From a virus, in the IMG/VR virus record IMGVR_UViG_3300012943_000002, positions 1 to 64,000 of that record: a DNA stretch of 64,000 nt. One strand, written 5' to 3'. Shown here one piece after another: positions 19,792 to 29,465 of this stretch (its first letter is position 1; the number at the start of each line of letters is the position of its first letter). Under the pieces are notes generated by a model that was given only the letters and a program-made list of their open reading frames with translations, searched no databases and had not been told where the DNA came from. The translations under genes were made by a program, and so were the position numbers.

Positions 19792-22313
19792 AAAAACTAA
19801 TATACATACTTCCTCTTTTATTCTTTGCCCAAATATCCATGGGACAACAACGAGGCACTTTAAAAACGTGGAAGGTGCAAGGCGGTGGTGGTGGCCATGT
19901 TGATACTACAAGTTTAAGCAATAGAATTAATTCAAAGCAAGACACTTCTGTTCATACCAATTTCTTCTTTGAAGCACCTCTAAATGGACGTGATACGATA
20001 ACAATAGATGATGGAGATACAACTAATGGAGTAATAAGCAGCTTGAATGGTGCATTAAAATTTAATCCAAATTTTGCAAAGGCATCCAACGCAGCAACAT
20101 ACCTGACAACACCAACTTATGACGGAAGCGGGCAAGCTGTTCATCCTGATGTATGGTATGATGCAGATGGATGGAATGGATATAAATGGTGGATGGTAAT
20201 GACGCCTTATCCCGGAGGCGTTGATACATACGAGAACCCTTCGTTGCTATGTTCAAATGATGGAGAAATATGGGCAGTTCCTCCCGGAATTACAAATCCG
20301 ATTGTTGACTTACCGGGTGGAGGACAGCATTATCTTGATCCGGAGATTATACCTCCAAGTTCATCTTATGATGGTAAGATGCGAATACTATACGGGTTTT
20401 ACAATGGAACATCCACGCAATTTTATACAAGAACATTTGATGGCACAACGATAGGTGATTCTGTTTCAACTGGATTTACACAACCAAACATGGTCGCGCC
20501 TTGCGTGATTTTACGAGGCTCAACTTACATGATGTATTATGTTGTTCGCGGGACACCCAATGTTTTGAAATTACGAACTGCATCAACACCAGAAGGCCCG
20601 TGGAGTGACCCCACTATATGCAGCTTGAATATGGGAGTAACAAATGAGGTATGGCATGTAAATTCAAATTTGGTTGACGGCAATATCATCTTAATTGTTA
20701 CATCAACATTGAAAGGACAGAACGGTGCAGGTACGCAATTATATTTTGCATCTGCAATCAATGATTCTTCCTTTTCTGTTAGTTATACCCCGATGCTAAA
20801 CAGGTCAGATACCGGATGGGACAATGATTTAATTTATCATTCAAGTGCAGTTTTCAAAGGAGATAGAGATTTTGATTTGTATTATTCCGCAATGGATAGC
20901 TCGAATATTTGGCACATAGGAAATACGTCATTCACAATGCCATCAACAACAGTATCAACAGTTGCAACAACTGGAAACTATACAGATTTGGCTGGAGTAT
21001 TTCCCGGCACTTACGCAAGTTTACCTGATAAGCCAGCGACTATTTATGATTCTGCAACTTATACGCGAATAACGAATCCTGTGGGCGGAGTTTATACAAG
21101 TATTGCGAGTTCAAGTACAGGAGCAATAGCAATAACATTGCCATATAAGTTTAATTCTACCATGTTTAGAATGACAGTGAAAGTGTTTGATTACACAGAC
21201 ATGAGTTCTTTTGATGTGACTTTTGGGGGGTACACTTTCTCGACTGGTTGGGTAAGAACATTCGCATACATAATCGCAGACCCAACTATTGACAGGCAGC
21301 TATCAGTAAGATTTGGAAGTGACGCAAATCATGCGATAGTGTACATTGGTGAATTAGCATCAACATGGGCTTATTTAAAAGTTTTTGTAACAGATATTGA
21401 AGTTGGTAGCAACGGATTGGCAGCATGGACAAACGGATTAAGCATCGGATTGGAAGCATCGGCATTTCAAAATGTAACGCAAACAAAATCTAACAAGCAA
21501 ATCGGATATGGTAAAGAAAATTCATTAGGCAATCCAGCATCAAACGGGTATGTATTATCATCAACAACAGCGGGAGTAAGAAGTTGGATTGCGCCACCAA
21601 CAAGTGGTATAAGCGGAACCGGAACCTCAAACTACATACAAAAGTCAACAGGAACCGGAACAATAGGAAATAGCTTAATATATGAAAATGGATTAAGTGT
21701 TGGAATCGGAACTACGACATCAACAGCGAATTTACAGGTAACTGGCACGGGTGGACTTGACATACTAAGATTAGTAAATTCAGGTGGTAACACAGCATTC
21801 CAAGTAGATAACAGTACTTTAAATGCAAAATTTTGGCAATCTTCATCGGCAACAGCGCCTTCCATATCTTTTATGACGGATGTAAATACTGGCATATTCC
21901 ATCCAGCAGTAGGCGCTATCGGGTTTACAAATGCAGGAGTTGAAGGAATGAGATTAGCAAGTGGTAAATTAGGCGTTGGTATCACTTCCCCGACATCTAC
22001 ACTTCAAAGTGGTGGTTCTTTTTCAGCAGCTTATATTTCAAAAACAACAACATACACAGCGACAATAAGCGATTATGCTATTGATTGTACAGGCGGCGGA
22101 ACTTTTACAGTAACGCTTCCAACAGCAGTAGGTATAACAGGAAGAGAGTATGTAGTAACAAACAGTGGGACAGGAACTATTACTATCGCAACAACAAGTA
22201 GCCAAACTTTCACTAATGTAACCGCTACTCCAACATCATTGACAATAACAAGCTATGGTACATATAAGGTTCAATCAACAGGTGCAGCATGGATTGTAAC
22301 AAGTAAATTATGA
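19788..22313 (+). CDS. Signal-peptide-bearing mosaic fibre with glycosidase-like beta-propeller
   Basis: Signal peptide; VHPDV..WNGYKWWMVMTPYP..ENP propeller; TGAIAITLP..VRFG..YIGE fibre domain; IGNSLIYENG.SVGIGTT and APSISF..D.NTGIF repeats; FTVTLPTA..GREY C-terminal domain. Confidence 0.7.
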   Translation: MKKLIYILPLLFFAQISMGQQRGTLKTWKVQGGGGGHVDTTSLSNRINSKQDTSVHTNFFFEAPLNGRDTITIDDGDTTNGVISSLNGALKFNPNFAKASNAATYLTTPTYDGSGQAVHPDVWYDADGWNGYKWWMVMTPYPGGVDTYENPSLLCSNDGEIWAVPPGITNPIVDLPGGGQHYLDPEIIPPSSSYDGKMRILYGFYNGTSTQFYTRTFDGTTIGDSVSTGFTQPNMVAPCVILRGSTYMMYYVVRGTPNVLKLRTASTPEGPWSDPTICSLNMGVTNEVWHVNSNLVDGNIILIVTSTLKGQNGAGTQLYFASAINDSSFSVSYTPMLNRSDTGWDNDLIYHSSAVFKGDRDFDLYYSAMDSSNIWHIGNTSFTMPSTTVSTVATTGNYTDLAGVFPGTYASLPDKPATIYDSATYTRITNPVGGVYTSIASSSTGAIAITLPYKFNSTMFRMTVKVFDYTDMSSFDVTFGGYTFSTGWVRTFAYIIADPTIDRQLSVRFGSDANHAIVYIGELASTWAYLKVFVTDIEVGSNGLAAWTNGLSIGLEASAFQNVTQTKSNKQIGYGKENSLGNPASNGYVLSSTTAGVRSWIAPPTSGISGTGTSNYIQKSTGTGTIGNSLIYENGLSVGIGTTTSTANLQVTGTGGLDILRLVNSGGNTAFQVDNSTLNAKFWQSSSATAPSISFMTDVNTGIFHPAVGAIGFTNAGVEGMRLASGKLGVGITSPTSTLQSGGSFSAAYISKTTTYTATISDYAIDCTGGGTFTVTLPTAVGITGREYVVTNSGTGTITIATTSSQTFTNVTATPTSLTITSYGTYKVQSTGAAWIVTSKL

Positions 22314-24241
22314 AAAAATTATTAATCATTATACTATTTATTTGTTCGTTACAAAATCTGTTCGCAGGGAATAATATCTATGTATCTGAATTTGGTAATG
22401 ATGGAACAGGTAATGGCACTTTTGGTAATCCTTATGCTACACTTCCAAAAGGTATTTCTGTGGCAGTATCAGGTGATAGTATTCAAGTTTTATCAGGTGG
22501 CTATACGCTCACAACAATCTTAGATGTACCTATTGGTATAAGTATTATTGGGCAAGATAGTGCAACGGTTATAATAGTTAGTTCATATTCGGGAACCAAT
22601 AAAGACCAAGCAGCAATAAGGTTACAAAGTGCAGATGAGACAGCAGGCAATCAGGTAATAAAAAATATAACATTATCAGGCAGCTTAACAGCATGGGCAG
22701 GTATATTGGTAATGGGTAGAAGTAATGTAACAGTACAGCATTGTTTTATCTATAATTTTTATGCAACGGGAATTTATTTCAGTGGTGCAAATTCAGGCAT
22801 TCGACCAAGTATATATGCACATGGGAATATTTTAGAATATTGTACGATTCAAAATTGTGCTGACAGGACTGCGATAAATAATTGGGGTAATGTTGCAGTA
22901 TCAGGATTCAAGCCATTAAGTGGTGGTGATACGGGCATGATTATACGAAATTGCATTATAAGACAAACAGAAAGAGCGCTTGGACAAAATGGTAATAACT
23001 TTACTATTCCGGCAGGCGACAGTTCAAGTGTAGAAGGTTTGAAATTCTATAACAATAAAAGCTATCGTAATCCTGACGATGTAGGTGCGGATTGGTCTTT
23101 CCACATGGAAATTTGGGATTGTCAAGGTGGTATGGAAATATTTAATAACGAGTTTTACGGTGGCAATCAACAGATTGATTTAGCCGGAACAGACACGTCA
23201 TATCGTAGCTTTGGATTACATGGTAATTATACCTACAATTTTTATATTCATAATAATTTATTTCAGATAGATACACCTTTCCCAAGCGCAACAACTCTAT
23301 TAGTATTAGGTGTAGATATAGAAGCTGATAAATCTGATATTATAATAAGAAATAATCATTTTGTTAATATACCTTATGCTGTTCAAACAAGCCTAAACCA
23401 TGCAGGTGCAAAAGGACAAAGAAGGATTCAAATAGACTATAATCTTATTGAACATGGTGGATTTGATAACGGTAATTTCTGCTTTGATTTTAGCATTATA
23501 GGAAGCAATCAAGCTGCTTTGGTAAGAGATTATTCAGTGGACAATAACACTTTTGCCAACACACGCACACGGGCTGCATGTTATATAACGTTAGGTAGTT
23601 TAGATAGCCTTATAAACTTTTCTTTCTCTAATAATATTGTAACAGGTGTGCCAGCGACAGGATATGGAGCTATTACATTTTCAGAAAGTACTGGACTAAA
23701 AGATAGTATTAATATGAAGAATAATATAATTTATAATTGTACTAACAGTAATAATATTTTTTATAGGAATGGTGCAATTCCCCCTATAAATTTTGATAAT
23801 GCAGGAACACAAAAAACTGACCCAATTTTTAATGGGGATTTTACATTAAAAGTTACAAGTCCTGCTATTGGAGCAGGAACAAATGGGCAAGATGTTGGTG
23901 CATTGGGAGTAATGGACTATCCTATCATAAATGTAGGTAGTGATACTACAACTTCTTTAACTACCATTACTTTATTAGGCTCTTTAGTATCTGACCCTAC
24001 TGATATTGCAACTATAACATGGATAAAGATAAGTGGAACTGGAACTCAAACTATTTTAAATAATACTACTCTTACACCAACTATTACAGGACTCGTAAGT
24101 GGGCAATATGTATTCAGAATGACAGCGCAAGATAGTGATGCAGGAAAACATGAAGATATAATAGTAAATGTTACTGGTATTAGTCCACAACAGCCTTTTG
24201 TAAAAGCTCAGGGTAGAATAATTTTTATAAATATAAACTAA
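22310..24241 (+). CDS. Exported right-handed beta-helix protein (putative depolymerase) with C-terminal PKD-like domain
   Basis: Signal peptide; YVS..GND..GNGT..NPYAT cap; repeated I.NN.F beta-helix rungs; ITW.KISG..GL..GQYVFRMT..D PKD-type domain. Confidence 0.8.
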   Translation: MKKLLIIILFICSLQNLFAGNNIYVSEFGNDGTGNGTFGNPYATLPKGISVAVSGDSIQVLSGGYTLTTILDVPIGISIIGQDSATVIIVSSYSGTNKDQAAIRLQSADETAGNQVIKNITLSGSLTAWAGILVMGRSNVTVQHCFIYNFYATGIYFSGANSGIRPSIYAHGNILEYCTIQNCADRTAINNWGNVAVSGFKPLSGGDTGMIIRNCIIRQTERALGQNGNNFTIPAGDSSSVEGLKFYNNKSYRNPDDVGADWSFHMEIWDCQGGMEIFNNEFYGGNQQIDLAGTDTSYRSFGLHGNYTYNFYIHNNLFQIDTPFPSATTLLVLGVDIEADKSDIIIRNNHFVNIPYAVQTSLNHAGAKGQRRIQIDYNLIEHGGFDNGNFCFDFSIIGSNQAALVRDYSVDNNTFANTRTRAACYITLGSLDSLINFSFSNNIVTGVPATGYGAITFSESTGLKDSINMKNNIIYNCTNSNNIFYRNGAIPPINFDNAGTQKTDPIFNGDFTLKVTSPAIGAGTNGQDVGALGVMDYPIINVGSDTTTSLTTITLLGSLVSDPTDIATITWIKISGTGTQTILNNTTLTPTITGLVSGQYVFRMTAQDSDAGKHEDIIVNVTGISPQQPFVKAQGRIIFININ

Positions 24242-24247
24242 ACAAAA

Positions 24248-24613
24248 ATGAAACGATTATTACTTATTTTAGCAATAGTATCTACTAGTACCTTTGCAAT
24301 TGCACAATCAGGAACTACAACCGTTGATGTAACAGATAGTGTTGGTGTAACTGGGGGAGATCATACAGGTTATATAGCAAGTGTTCTATGGAGTATGCAA
24401 TCAGGACCAGGAACTATGTTATTTTCAGATGCAACTAAATTAAAAACAAGTATTACAATTGATAAAATTGGTGACTTCTATGCTTTATTGACAATAAAAG
24501 ATAATCTAGGTAATATTGCTACAGCGGTTTATCATATTGTAGGAACTGTAAAACAAGGTATATTTATAAAAGTAACACTTACACCGATATATATTACAGT
24601 TAGTAAACCATGA
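24248..24613 (+). CDS. Exported single PKD/Ig-like domain protein
   Basis: MKRLLLILAIVSTSTFAIA|Q; WSMQSGPG..LTIKDNLG. Confidence 0.65.
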   Translation: MKRLLLILAIVSTSTFAIAQSGTTTVDVTDSVGVTGGDHTGYIASVLWSMQSGPGTMLFSDATKLKTSITIDKIGDFYALLTIKDNLGNIATAVYHIVGTVKQGIFIKVTLTPIYITVSKP

Positions 24614-24885
24614 AATTAATAGTAATATCTATATTATTCATTGTTAGTTGTACATCATCTGAGACTACAGCTAGAAAACCTGCAACAACTTTTATAGTTG
24701 ATTGTAGAGGTAGTTATGTAACTGGTGGGGATGGTACTGGATATTTAAAAGGATATGAATGGAAGGCTAATAATAAAGTTATAAGTACAAAACCTTATGA
24801 TACTATAACTGTACAGGGAAATTCAAATATCGTTGTTACAATAACTGATAATCTAGGTCAAACTAAATCAGAAACAGTAAAATGA
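24610..24885 (+). CDS. Putative lipoprotein, PKD/Ig-like; paralogue of the preceding gene
   Basis: MKLIVISILFIVS|C lipobox; shares VTGGDxTGY and TIxDNLG with 24248-24613. Confidence 0.6.
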   Translation: MKLIVISILFIVSCTSSETTARKPATTFIVDCRGSYVTGGDGTGYLKGYEWKANNKVISTKPYDTITVQGNSNIVVTITDNLGQTKSETVK

Positions 24886-24995
24886 AAATAATACTATCCA
24901 TAATAGCGTATATAATAATACTTATAATATCTGTATTCTGTATTATATTATCATTTATACCTGAAAAATATATTAGATGGAAGATTCATATATAG
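24882..24995 (+). CDS. Small single-TM peptide (37 aa), not in ORF track
   Basis: MKIILSIIAYIIILIISVFCIILSFIPEKYIRWKIHI*; ATGA overlap with the previous gene. Confidence 0.45.
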   Translation: MKIILSIIAYIIILIISVFCIILSFIPEKYIRWKIHI

Positions 24996-25165
24996 TAATA
25001 GGTATAGTAGTTGGAGCAATGACACTAATGTTAATGTTAGATGATCTGTTAATAGACTACTGTTATGATATTGGATTACCAACTAATTCTAAAAGGATAG
25101 GAAATGTTGTTTGGATTATAATGTTATGTGTTATAGTATTCTTAATAATAAAAAACTTTATATGA
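24977..25165 (+). CDS. Small two-TM membrane protein
   Basis: Two hydrophobic segments. Confidence 0.55.
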   Translation: MEDSYIVIGIVVGAMTLMLMLDDLLIDYCYDIGLPTNSKRIGNVVWIIMLCVIVFLIIKNFI

Positions 25166-25548
25166 TATATTTAGTAACTCTTCTCTATACATTTTGCTCA
25201 GTATTTTATACCAAATTTCAAATAGAGGATGAAAAAGCTGGATTTGAAAACTCTAAAGGGAGATGGCATCCATTTAGATTGGCAATGGCAGTATTATTAT
25301 TTGCTGCATTGTTAGTATACCAATATTTTCCTTTTGATAAGTGGGATTTTATTATATGTATAGGGCTAAATGTACTATTTGATATGGGCGTAAATAAGTT
25401 TGCATTGCATGTAAAATTATTCTATAATGGTGAAACTGCAAAGCTTGACAGGATATTTGGTAAGTTTAAATGGTATGGATATGCTGTTATATTAGCTGCA
25501 TCTATCACAGGAAAAATTATTGCCTACTATAGAAGGAAAAACAAGTAA
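25162..25548 (+). CDS. Multi-TM membrane protein (start moved to ATG 25162)
   Basis: ATGA overlap; four hydrophobic segments; WH and FYNGETAKLD motifs. Confidence 0.65.
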   Translation: MIYLVTLLYTFCSVFYTKFQIEDEKAGFENSKGRWHPFRLAMAVLLFAALLVYQYFPFDKWDFIICIGLNVLFDMGVNKFALHVKLFYNGETAKLDRIFGKFKWYGYAVILAASITGKIIAYYRRKNK

Positions 25549-25581
25549 TTTAATTTATCTTTAATAATAAAATCTAAAATC

Positions 25582-25794
25582 ATGAATCTATTATCAATTT
25601 TTGGGCTTTCTCAGACAGAAGTTTTCATTTTTCTTATTGGTGTGCCGGGTTTTGCAGCGATGATCCTATTTATTGTTTCAATTAATCCCTCAAATTTGAA
25701 AAAGCAGAGATTTATAAGACTAATTGCATGGATACTAGCTATATACTTTGTAGCTGCATTAGGATATGGATTTACAGTAGGAATACCAAAATAA
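25582..25794 (+). CDS. Small two-TM membrane protein
   Basis: Two hydrophobic segments; A-rich start context. Confidence 0.6.
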   Translation: MNLLSIFGLSQTEVFIFLIGVPGFAAMILFIVSINPSNLKKQRFIRLIAWILAIYFVAALGYGFTVGIPK

Positions 25795-25809
25795 TTCAAT
25801 AATATATGA

Positions 25810-26154
25810 ATGTTAACAAAAGAGACAGGAAGAGCTATTTCAAAAATAAAAGACCCTTATGGGAGATTAACTGTTATTGCAGTAATAGTTTTATCAGGTG
25901 CAATAGTAGCAATGTTTTGGATCATGAGGGATGATAGGTCTGAGAAATTAAATGATAACCTAATAGAAATTACTCAGCTAAAAATAGACTTGACTACTGA
26001 AAGACTTAAAACTGATAGCTTAAAGGGAATGGTTCAAGATTTAAAGGTAGATACTGCAATGCTTAGAGCAAAGTTTATCATTGAACTATATAATCAAAAT
26101 CAGAATTTTGGAAAGATTCTTGATAGTATTAAAAATAAACTACAGACAAAATGA
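25810..26154 (+). CDS. Single-TM coiled-coil protein (holin- or spanin-like)
   Basis: One TM segment followed by a long coiled coil. Confidence 0.5.
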   Translation: MLTKETGRAISKIKDPYGRLTVIAVIVLSGAIVAMFWIMRDDRSEKLNDNLIEITQLKIDLTTERLKTDSLKGMVQDLKVDTAMLRAKFIIELYNQNQNFGKILDSIKNKLQTK

Positions 26155-26570
26155 AGTTATATCCCTTTTTAACACTATTAACAATAACATGCATTATTAC
26201 TGCATTTGTTATGGGTCAAAATGATAATAATAAAAATACAGGGTGGGAAAATAGTAGGTCTGATTCTGTTAGAGCTTTAGATAAGATAGAACAGTGGCAA
26301 TCAGTATCTTTGATAACAAACTACATGAAAGCACAGGGAATGAAAAAAGTAAATAACAATGTAGATACTATATTTAATTTACTTAATAAAAAGAAAAGAA
26401 GAAAAGTAAATATAGTAGTTAAATACATAGCAATTCCTATATATGTACCTATAACAGATTCACTTACTTATGTGAAGAAAAGATATGATACCCTTTCTGA
26501 TTTGTATATTGATACAGTAAATACAAAAAGAAAGAGTATATTAAAACGATTATTTAAAAAACAAAACTAA
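26151..26570 (+). CDS. Exported or membrane-anchored protein (possible lysis accessory)
   Basis: Hydrophobic N-terminus ending VMG|Q; basic C-terminus KRKSILKRLF. Confidence 0.5.
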   Translation: MKLYPFLTLLTITCIITAFVMGQNDNNKNTGWENSRSDSVRALDKIEQWQSVSLITNYMKAQGMKKVNNNVDTIFNLLNKKKRRKVNIVVKYIAIPIYVPITDSLTYVKKRYDTLSDLYIDTVNTKRKSILKRLFKKQN

Positions 26571-26575
26571 CTAAT

Positions 26576-26935
26576 ATGTCAGAAACAGCAACATCAATAC
26601 CACAGAAAGGCTTAGGTACTGTAAAATGGCACGATGTACTTAAAGGATTATACTATATTTCTATAGGTCAGATATTGGCTTTAGTAGGATTTTTAGTATC
26701 TAGTTTATTACAGGAACATCCACATTTCCCTACTTGGGCAGAATGGCTTCCTTATGTAAAGGTAGCATGTTATAGTATAGGTGGATATATAACTGGAAAA
26801 TTTGGTGTTAATAATGTAGGTCAAATATTAAAGAAAGATCAACCTGTAGTTCATATAGGAGCAGATCAATTAGATGAATTGCAGCAGAAAGCAGACATAC
26901 TAGATTCACATGACATGGCAAAAAAAAACTTGTAA
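26576..26935 (+). CDS. Putative holin
   Basis: W.D.LKGL..TM..P.W.EW..TM..GY..KF..N pattern, two TMs and a charged tail. Confidence 0.55.
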   Translation: MSETATSIPQKGLGTVKWHDVLKGLYYISIGQILALVGFLVSSLLQEHPHFPTWAEWLPYVKVACYSIGGYITGKFGVNNVGQILKKDQPVVHIGADQLDELQQKADILDSHDMAKKNL

Positions 26936-26964
26936 ACAATTTTCAATCAATAAAAACAACAAAC

Positions 26965-27225
26965 ATGAAAAATTTCGATTTGGTAAGTATGCTGATTACA
27001 GCATTCAAGTTAGTAGGTAAACAACCTATAGTAGATGTATTACAAAGTTTGTATACTAATAACCCTAGTTTGTATGGGGCAGCTATTGGTGTAGCTAACT
27101 TTGGTCTTAGTGAAGCTCAGATTGCTGCTGCTAAAACTACTACTACTATTGATGATAATGTAGTAGCAGCACTAAGAGAAGTTATTAAAGCTTCTGCTGC
27201 TAAAAATAATGTAACACTTCTCTAA
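26965..27225 (+). CDS. Hypothetical amphipathic protein
   Basis: A-rich start context; KTTTTIDDNVV motif. Confidence 0.6.
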   Translation: MKNFDLVSMLITAFKLVGKQPIVDVLQSLYTNNPSLYGAAIGVANFGLSEAQIAAAKTTTTIDDNVVAALREVIKASAAKNNVTLL

Positions 27226-27234
27226 TCATAAGAA

Positions 27235-27960
27235 GTGAAGACTGAACAGCAGATATTACAGATGTTTTCCGATTTATCTTTTGATAGTCGGAAACATTTG
27301 TATTATTGGAAAGGTATAAAAGTACCTTATTCAGTCAGTGGTATAGTTAATATGTTTGTGAATAAATTTGATGCAGAAAAGATGTTACCGGGATCAGCTA
27401 GGAAAGCTAGTAAAGAAGAAGGTAGAGAAGTTACAGTACATGAATTAAGACATAGGTGGCAAACTATTAATCAGACAGCATGTACTTTAGGTACAAATGT
27501 GCATGATTTTATGGAGAAATTTACTGGTATAGAATCTCCTAGATGTCCTCAAGAAGTAGCTGGAATCAATTATATAAGAGATTTAGCAGGTAAATATATA
27601 ATATCCTTTAGAGAGCTTAGAGCATATAGTAGGGAGTTTAATTATGCTGGAACTATGGATATACCTCTAATGGCAGTAGGAAAGAATGAATATGTTATAG
27701 ATGATTATAAAACTAATGGTGATCTATTTAAGTCCTACGACACTTTAAAAGAACCATTTGAATTTTTAACATCTAGTGCATATAATAAATATCAAATACA
27801 ACTTCCTCTGTATCAGATAATGTTAGAGGAAATAGGGTTAAACGTAGTAGATAGAAGAGTAGTTCATCTGAAAGCTGATGGAACATATACTATATACCCA
27901 CTACAAGATTTTACTAGTGATTTAAGACATTGGCTAAAACATAATAGATGGAAAATTTAA
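27235..27960 (+). CDS. PD-(D/E)XK exonuclease-like protein
   Basis: H.Y..G..SVS, GTNVH, AGTMD, IDDYKTN and YQIQL..Y motifs. Confidence 0.88.
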   Translation: MKTEQQILQMFSDLSFDSRKHLYYWKGIKVPYSVSGIVNMFVNKFDAEKMLPGSARKASKEEGREVTVHELRHRWQTINQTACTLGTNVHDFMEKFTGIESPRCPQEVAGINYIRDLAGKYIISFRELRAYSREFNYAGTMDIPLMAVGKNEYVIDDYKTNGDLFKSYDTLKEPFEFLTSSAYNKYQIQLPLYQIMLEEIGLNVVDRRVVHLKADGTYTIYPLQDFTSDLRHWLKHNRWKI

Positions 27961-28661
27961 CTATAAGAGAGGCTATAAATGGAGTACAAGAAATGTACTC
28001 TAAAGGGGCTAAATCTAGAAATAGTAGAATGTCTTCTAGGTATATCTATAGTTTATTGACAAAAAATAGAGCTACTGTATTAAAACAGCAAATAAATAAG
28101 AAACAGGAGATTAATGAATGGAGCTATCAAAGTATAGAGTGTATACAGTTAGAGAGTGTCAAAAATACTATTAGTAATAAAATACTATTAAGGACAGTAG
28201 ATACTATACCCACACCTATTACTGGTTTAAATAGTAAAAGCATAACTGATATTACTACTATAGATGGTAATATAAAATTTGACCTTACTTCATTTAGTTC
28301 ATTAAAATACAGTTCTGGCAAGAAATATACAGCTACAAAGCCAAGTGCATACATACAGGATCAGCGGATTTACATTAATTTTTATTCTAAGTTAAAAGGG
28401 ATTTCTTTAAGAGGATTGTTTTACGATCCTATAGAAGCTATTAATTTTCCTTCTTTATGTAATGATTGCGAAGAGTGTAAATGTAAGGATGTTATGGACT
28501 ATATTTTTCCTTTAGATGGAGATACATTGAATACTGTAAACAAACTTTGTATGAATGATTTAATGATATTCCTACAAATGAAAGAAGATAAAAACAACAA
28601 CTCAGATGATGATATATCAATAGGTAATCAGATGATACATAGACAACCACAAGAACAATAA
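27948..28661 (+). CDS. Tail ring protein (crAss R1-like)
   Basis: SSRYIY..L..R..L.KQ, YQSIECIQL, KYT, GLFYDP..C..D.FPL pattern; synteny before IHF/ring/muzzle genes. Confidence 0.65.
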   Translation: MENLTIREAINGVQEMYSKGAKSRNSRMSSRYIYSLLTKNRATVLKQQINKKQEINEWSYQSIECIQLESVKNTISNKILLRTVDTIPTPITGLNSKSITDITTIDGNIKFDLTSFSSLKYSSGKKYTATKPSAYIQDQRIYINFYSKLKGISLRGLFYDPIEAINFPSLCNDCEECKCKDVMDYIFPLDGDTLNTVNKLCMNDLMIFLQMKEDKNNNSDDDISIGNQMIHRQPQEQ

Positions 28662-28662
28662 G

Positions 28663-29160
28663 ATGCTAAAGACAGTTTGTATAAAAGATAGTTATACATT
28701 TTATAGGAAGTTTTATAAAGAAAGTATACCTAATTGCGATTATAGAGAAGGATTACCTATCTATTTGGATATAGTTAATGGTTTAATGCAGTTTATAATG
28801 GCTAAAGTATTCCAAGGATTTGAAGTAAGATTAGGAGCGAAAATGGGAGTAATTAGTATTATAGGTAAGAAAGTTAAACCTCTTATAGATAAGAATGGAG
28901 AGATAAAAGGTATAGCTCCTGATTGGGGAGAAACTAAGAAACTACAAGCTAGAGACCCTGTAGCTAAGGAAAATAAAACTATAGTTTATTGTTTTAATGA
29001 ACATAGCAATGGTATTAAATATAATTTCTCTTGGGCAAGAGAGAATGTAGTAATAAAGAATAAGACATTATATGGTATGTCTTTTTCTAGACAAAATAGA
29101 AGAGAATTAGTTAGACTTATTAAGGAAGAAAATAGGGAATATCTAATAGTAAAAACATAA
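28663..29160 (+). CDS. HU/IHF-like protein (crAss type)
   Basis: G.EVRL..KMG.I.I, DWGETKKL, YCFNEHSNG motifs; position among ring genes. Confidence 0.7.
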   Translation: MLKTVCIKDSYTFYRKFYKESIPNCDYREGLPIYLDIVNGLMQFIMAKVFQGFEVRLGAKMGVISIIGKKVKPLIDKNGEIKGIAPDWGETKKLQARDPVAKENKTIVYCFNEHSNGIKYNFSWARENVVIKNKTLYGMSFSRQNRRELVRLIKEENREYLIVKT

Positions 29161-29162
29161 TT

Positions 29163-29450
29163 ATGGATAGTAGAACTAAAAAATATGTAAGTACTAGAAC
29201 TAGTGTTAGTACTAGTTCTGAAACTAAAGAACTTAAACCTCCTAAAGGAGCTATAATAATAGAGAAAAACATTACTACTTCTACAGAGGAAATAGAAAAT
29301 GGTTTTATAATTACCAAATCTGTTGATGGTAGATATAAGATGAAGGAGGGTGGACCTAGTGAGTGGTTTAACTATAGTAAAAAGACATATAGTGAAGAAG
29401 ACCCTTTTATATTAAAGAGTGATAAATCATTAGCTGATGATTTTAATTAA
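29163..29450 (+). CDS. Hypothetical protein
   Basis: ORF track; EEIENGFII motif; packed in operon. Confidence 0.6.
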   Translation: MDSRTKKYVSTRTSVSTSSETKELKPPKGAIIIEKNITTSTEEIENGFIITKSVDGRYKMKEGGPSEWFNYSKKTYSEEDPFILKSDKSLADDFN

Positions 29451-29465
29451 ATAAACTACAAATAG

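Noticed and set aside
16676-24241. Diversity-generating retroelement or invertible cassette acting on the fibres
   Set aside because: No reverse transcriptase, invertase or near-identical template/variable repeat pair in this window. The internal fibre repeat is diverged at all base types.
27235-27960. Cas4 or CRISPR-associated nuclease
   Set aside because: It lacks the C-terminal Cys cluster for an Fe-S site and has no cas context; it is a standard phage PD-(D/E)XK nuclease.
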